A stretch of 340 nt of DNA. Source: a phage. The stretch lies in the sequence record AH003524.2; one strand, 5' to 3'. This document shows, piece after piece, positions 1-340 of this stretch (position 1 is its first letter; every line of letters starts with the position of its first letter). Made by a program: the position numbers and the translations under genes. The notes under the pieces were generated by a model, which had not been told where the DNA came from, made no database searches, and saw only the letters and a list, made by a program, of their open reading frames with translations.

Positions 1-111
1 GGGGATACGTGCCCCTCCACCCCCACCGCCACCCCCTACCAAAATAATTTCCGGTTGTCAATAGCCCCGCCTCATCATAGGCCCGAACTATCACAAACGG
101 AAAAGCGATAG
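1..111 (+). repeat. Left arm of a 111-bp inverted repeat; partner is 230-340
   Basis: Direct comparison: reverse complement of 230-340 equals 1-111 except at position 91 (t here, a expected from position 250). Complementarity is lost from 112 inward. Confidence 0.9.
12..40 (-). other. Mirror-image C-run tract on + strand (G-rich on - strand), same G-quadruplex / i-motif potential
   Basis: C runs on + strand at 12-15, 20-24 and 32-36. This is the exact reverse complement of 301-329, so it is one sequence element present in both arms. The first 40 nt are 30/40 G+C. Confidence 0.35.
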
Positions 112-120
112 CCCAAAACA

Positions 121-220
121 NNNNNNNNNNNNNNNNNNNNNNNNNNNNNNNNNNNNNNNNNNNNNNNNNNNNNNNNNNNNNNNNNNNNNNNNNNNNNNNN
201 NNNNNNNNNNNNNNNNNNNN
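121..220. other. Run of exactly 100 N: unresolved sequence, consistent with a conventional unknown-length scaffold gap
   Basis: 100 consecutive n characters. Length is a round number and the bases on either side are unrelated to each other (112-120 vs 221-229), as expected at a join between two contig ends. Confidence 0.8.
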
Positions 221-229
221 ATTTTATTC

Positions 230-340
230 CTATCGCTTTTCCGTTTGTGTTAGTTCGGGCCTATGATGAGGCGGGGCTATTGACAACCGGAAATTATTTT
301 GGTAGGGGGTGGCGGTGGGGGTGGAGGGGCACGTATCCCC
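230..340 (-). repeat. Right arm of the 111-bp inverted repeat; partner is 1-111
   Basis: Each 10-mer block of 231-340 is the reverse complement of the matching block of 1-110 (for example 331-340 acgtatcccc vs 1-10 ggggatacgt), and 230 c pairs with 111 g. Single mismatch 250 vs 91. Confidence 0.9.
301..329 (+). other. G-run tract with G-quadruplex potential (ggtagggggtggcggtgggggtggagggg)
   Basis: G runs on + strand at 305-309 (5 G), 317-321 (5 G) and 326-329 (4 G), plus GG doublets at 301-302, 311-312, 314-315 and 323-324. Strong G/C strand asymmetry. Only three runs of 3 or more G, so a canonical four-run motif is not present. Confidence 0.35.

Noticed and set aside
1-15. Short terminal hairpin ggggatacgtgcccc (4-bp GGGG/CCCC stem, 7-nt loop), mirrored at 326-340
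   Set aside because: The stem is only 4 bp, there is no following T-run for a rho-independent terminator, and the window edge cuts the context. Too weak to call a structural element.
1-120. tRNA or other structured small RNA gene within an arm
   Set aside because: No cloverleaf-compatible arrangement of acceptor, D, anticodon and T stems was found by eye, and no GTTC-type T-loop motif in a suitable context. A proper scan (tRNAscan or covariance models) would be needed.
112-229. Hairpin telomere or telomere-resolution site of a linear replicon or phage
   Set aside because: Such sites are complementary right up to the symmetry centre. Here the 9 nt on each side nearest the centre are not complementary and the centre itself is an unresolved gap. 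I recognise no known telomere-resolvase site in the arms.
263-283. Tandem ATG ATG start at 263-268
   Set aside because: The frame stops at TGA 281-283 after 6 codons and there is no ribosome-binding site at the right spacing. Not a gene.
280-308. Perfect sigma70 -35 consensus TTGACA at 280-285 (mirror on - strand at 56-61), with an A/T block nearby
   Set aside because: No acceptable -10 at 16-18 bp spacing (303-308 is tagggg; the tatttt at 295-300 is only 9 bp away). A lone hexamer match is expected by chance, so no promoter is called.
1-340. CRISPR array
   Set aside because: There are no direct repeats of 20-50 bp separated by unique spacers. The only repetition is one inverted pair, plus a trivial 7-bp direct repeat atagccc at 61-67 and 108-114.
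1-340. Miniature inverted-repeat transposable element (MITE) spanning the window
   Set aside because: No target-site duplication can be assessed because the sequence outside the arms is absent. The inverted repeat is longer than typical terminal inverted repeats and may extend beyond the window. This stays a possibility but is not supportable as a call.

Overview
The window is two 120-nt stretches of real sequence (1-120 and 221-340) on either side of exactly 100 N (121-220). The dominant feature is that the two flanks are near-perfect reverse complements of each other: positions 1-111 pair with 340-230 at 110 of 111 positions, the only mismatch being T at 91 against T at 250. The 9 nt touching the gap on each side (112-120 cccaaaaca; 221-229 attttattc) are not complementary, so the repeat ends inside the sequenced part. 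Each arm has the same layout from the outer end inward: a C-run tract (G-run on the other strand), a 10-nt A/T block, then mixed sequence of about 55% GC. From 240 nt of real sequence I cannot support any complete gene, RNA gene, CRISPR array or mobile-element terminus. The likeliest readings are (a) two inverted copies of a longer repeat whose ends a scaffolder joined across an unknown-length gap, (b) an assembly or amplification foldback artifact, or (c) a genuine inverted-repeat-flanked segment that is hard to assemble, possibly an invertible region or foldback/MITE-like element. I see no positive evidence for a novel system here; whatever lies between the repeat copies is hidden by the N run.
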